The notes under the pieces are model-generated. The model saw only the letters and a list, made by a program, of their open reading frames with translations. It did not search any database and was not told where the DNA came from. The position numbers were made by a program, and so were the translations under genes. 64,000 bases of DNA from Chrysemys picta bellii (taxonomy: Eukaryota), in the NCBI RefSeq assembly GCF_011386835.1, contig NC_088794.1:11532001-11596000 (forward strand), written 5' to 3'. Within the stretch, counting starts at the first letter, position 1. Each line of letters starts with the position of its first letter. Of this stretch, positions 62,509-64,000 are shown in pieces.

Positions 62509-63165
62509 TAGGGTTACCATATTTAGTGCCTCCAAAAGGAGGACACTTTAAAGGGGCCCCAGCCCCGCCCCAACTCCGCCCCCTCCCCAAAGTCTCCGCC
62601 CCCTCCCCTGCTTCCCGCGAACATTTGAGTCGCGGGAAGCCTGAAGCAGGTAAGGGGGAGTGTGGGGGGAGGAGCCAGGGGATTTGGGGTAGGGTAGGGA
62701 GCACCGCCGGCCGAGCCCCCGAGCCCCCGGCCCGGCACCCGGCCCGGCACCTGAGCCGCCAGACGAGCCCCCGAGCCCCCGGCCCGGCACCGGGCCCCCC
62801 CGAGCACCGCCGGCCGAGCCCCCGAGCCCCCGAGCCCCCGGCCCGGCACCCGGCCCGGCACCCGGTCCGGCACCCGGCACCCGAGCCGCCGGCTGAGCCC
62901 CCGAGCCCCCGGCCCAGCACCGCCGGCCAGGCCCCCCGATCCCCCGGCCTAGCCCGGCACCGGGCCCCCCCGAGCACCGCCGGCCGAGCCCCCGAGCCCC
63001 CGGCCCGGCCCGGCACCGCCGGCCAGGCCCCCTGAGCCCCCGGCCCGGAACCGCATGTCCGATTTTCCCGGACATGTCCGGCTTTTTGGGATTTCCCCCC
63101 GGACGGGGATTTGGAGCCCAAAAAGCCGGACATGTCCGGGAAAATCCGGACTTATGGTAACCCTA
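62509..63165. mobile_element. hAT MITE (same family, opposite orientation)
   Basis: Perfect TIRs and perfect 8-bp TSD (gtctacac). Confidence 0.93.
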
Positions 63166-64000
63166 GTCTACACTGGCACCTCTCAGCATTGCTGTGCCGG
63201 GCGGCAGACCTGCGCCAGCGCTACCCTGGCAATGGAAGAGTCCTCAGTGGAAATGCAGACTTCATGACACAGACCCTCCTCCTCACTTCAAACCTGATGC
63301 TGCTCTGGTCAGTCGCTAGGCTCTTGTCACTTTCAAACCCATGCAGGGTATCTGGCTCTTTTTCAGTTCTGAGGTTAAGAAAAGCCTCTGCATTTTGTGA
63401 GGGCTTCAGCGTTCACATTCCTACTTCACAAACTGTCTGCCTGACACATTGCTCCCAGGGCATTCATCTTTAGTCATTATCGGCAAGTCCATCAGATTAA
63501 CGAGCAACACAGGGAGGCAACACAATGGTGTCAAGGATTTTTAATTTTTCAATCCACTTTGGCCTCAACAGGGATAACAGCAAATCTGGACAGAGCAGAT
63601 GGGTGTCAGGATGGGTTTGGGTATTTATTAATTTTTTTTTTTTAAGTGAAAATGTTTGGGTCTGAGCAAAGGCTGCAAACTTCCCTTTGGAAACCTCTGC
63701 AGATCTTTTGCCCCAGGGGCTAACGACAGCCTGGATTCCGGGACAGATTTCCACATCCATGCAGGGTGAGATGATCGGGGGCGGGGGGGGGAAGGGACTG
63801 TGGGGGAGGCAGAGGGAACAGGGTCGGGGGGGCTGAGGGCAGTGGCTTGAGGGTGGGGGGCACAAGGGGGACATTGCGGGGGAGGCTGAGGGAACAGGGT
63901 CAGGGGGCCTGAGGGCAGTGGGTCTCAGGGGAGCCCCCCCAGAGGGACCTGCCAGGGGGCCAGGTGAGCCCAGCAGGGCTTACTTGGAGCGGCTCCCAGA

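Noticed and set aside
61145-63075. Long ORFs (387, 264, 254, 220 aa)
   Set aside because: Low-complexity Pro/Gly/Arg frames overlapping on both strands inside GC-rich MITE arrays, with no domain signature.
63984-64000. Possible minus-strand exon end (donor gtaag at 63983) of a neighbouring gene
   Set aside because: Only 17 nt are in the window, too little to identify.

Overview
Vertebrate genomic DNA, almost certainly a turtle (inference from the tortoise-type tRNA/CR1-tail SINE, CR1 LINEs, Penelope fragments and hAT MITEs). The left half is a mu-class glutathione S-transferase cluster: gene B (+, exons 3-8 in window), gene A (+, complete, 220 aa, GSTM3-like C-terminus) and gene C (-, complete, 221 aa), plus an orphan copy of gene A exon 8 with a nonsense codon. 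B and C form a ~7.5 kb inverted repeat around A, and a 1.5 kb piece of A is directly duplicated at the far end of C. This layout fits a single template-switch rearrangement (X-Y-Z-invX-Z). Next come only the last five, intact exons of SLC43A3; no 5' exons were found in the window. After that is a head-to-head inverted pair of PRG2/PRG3-like (eosinophil major basic protein) genes. Their pro-segments are almost identical, but the lectin domains have diverged sharply: about +24 versus +12 net charge, with reciprocal cysteine loss. The rest is CR1, solo LTRs, MITEs, SINEs and minisatellites. All exon coordinates were read by hand with GT-AG and phase checks; percent identities are eye estimates.
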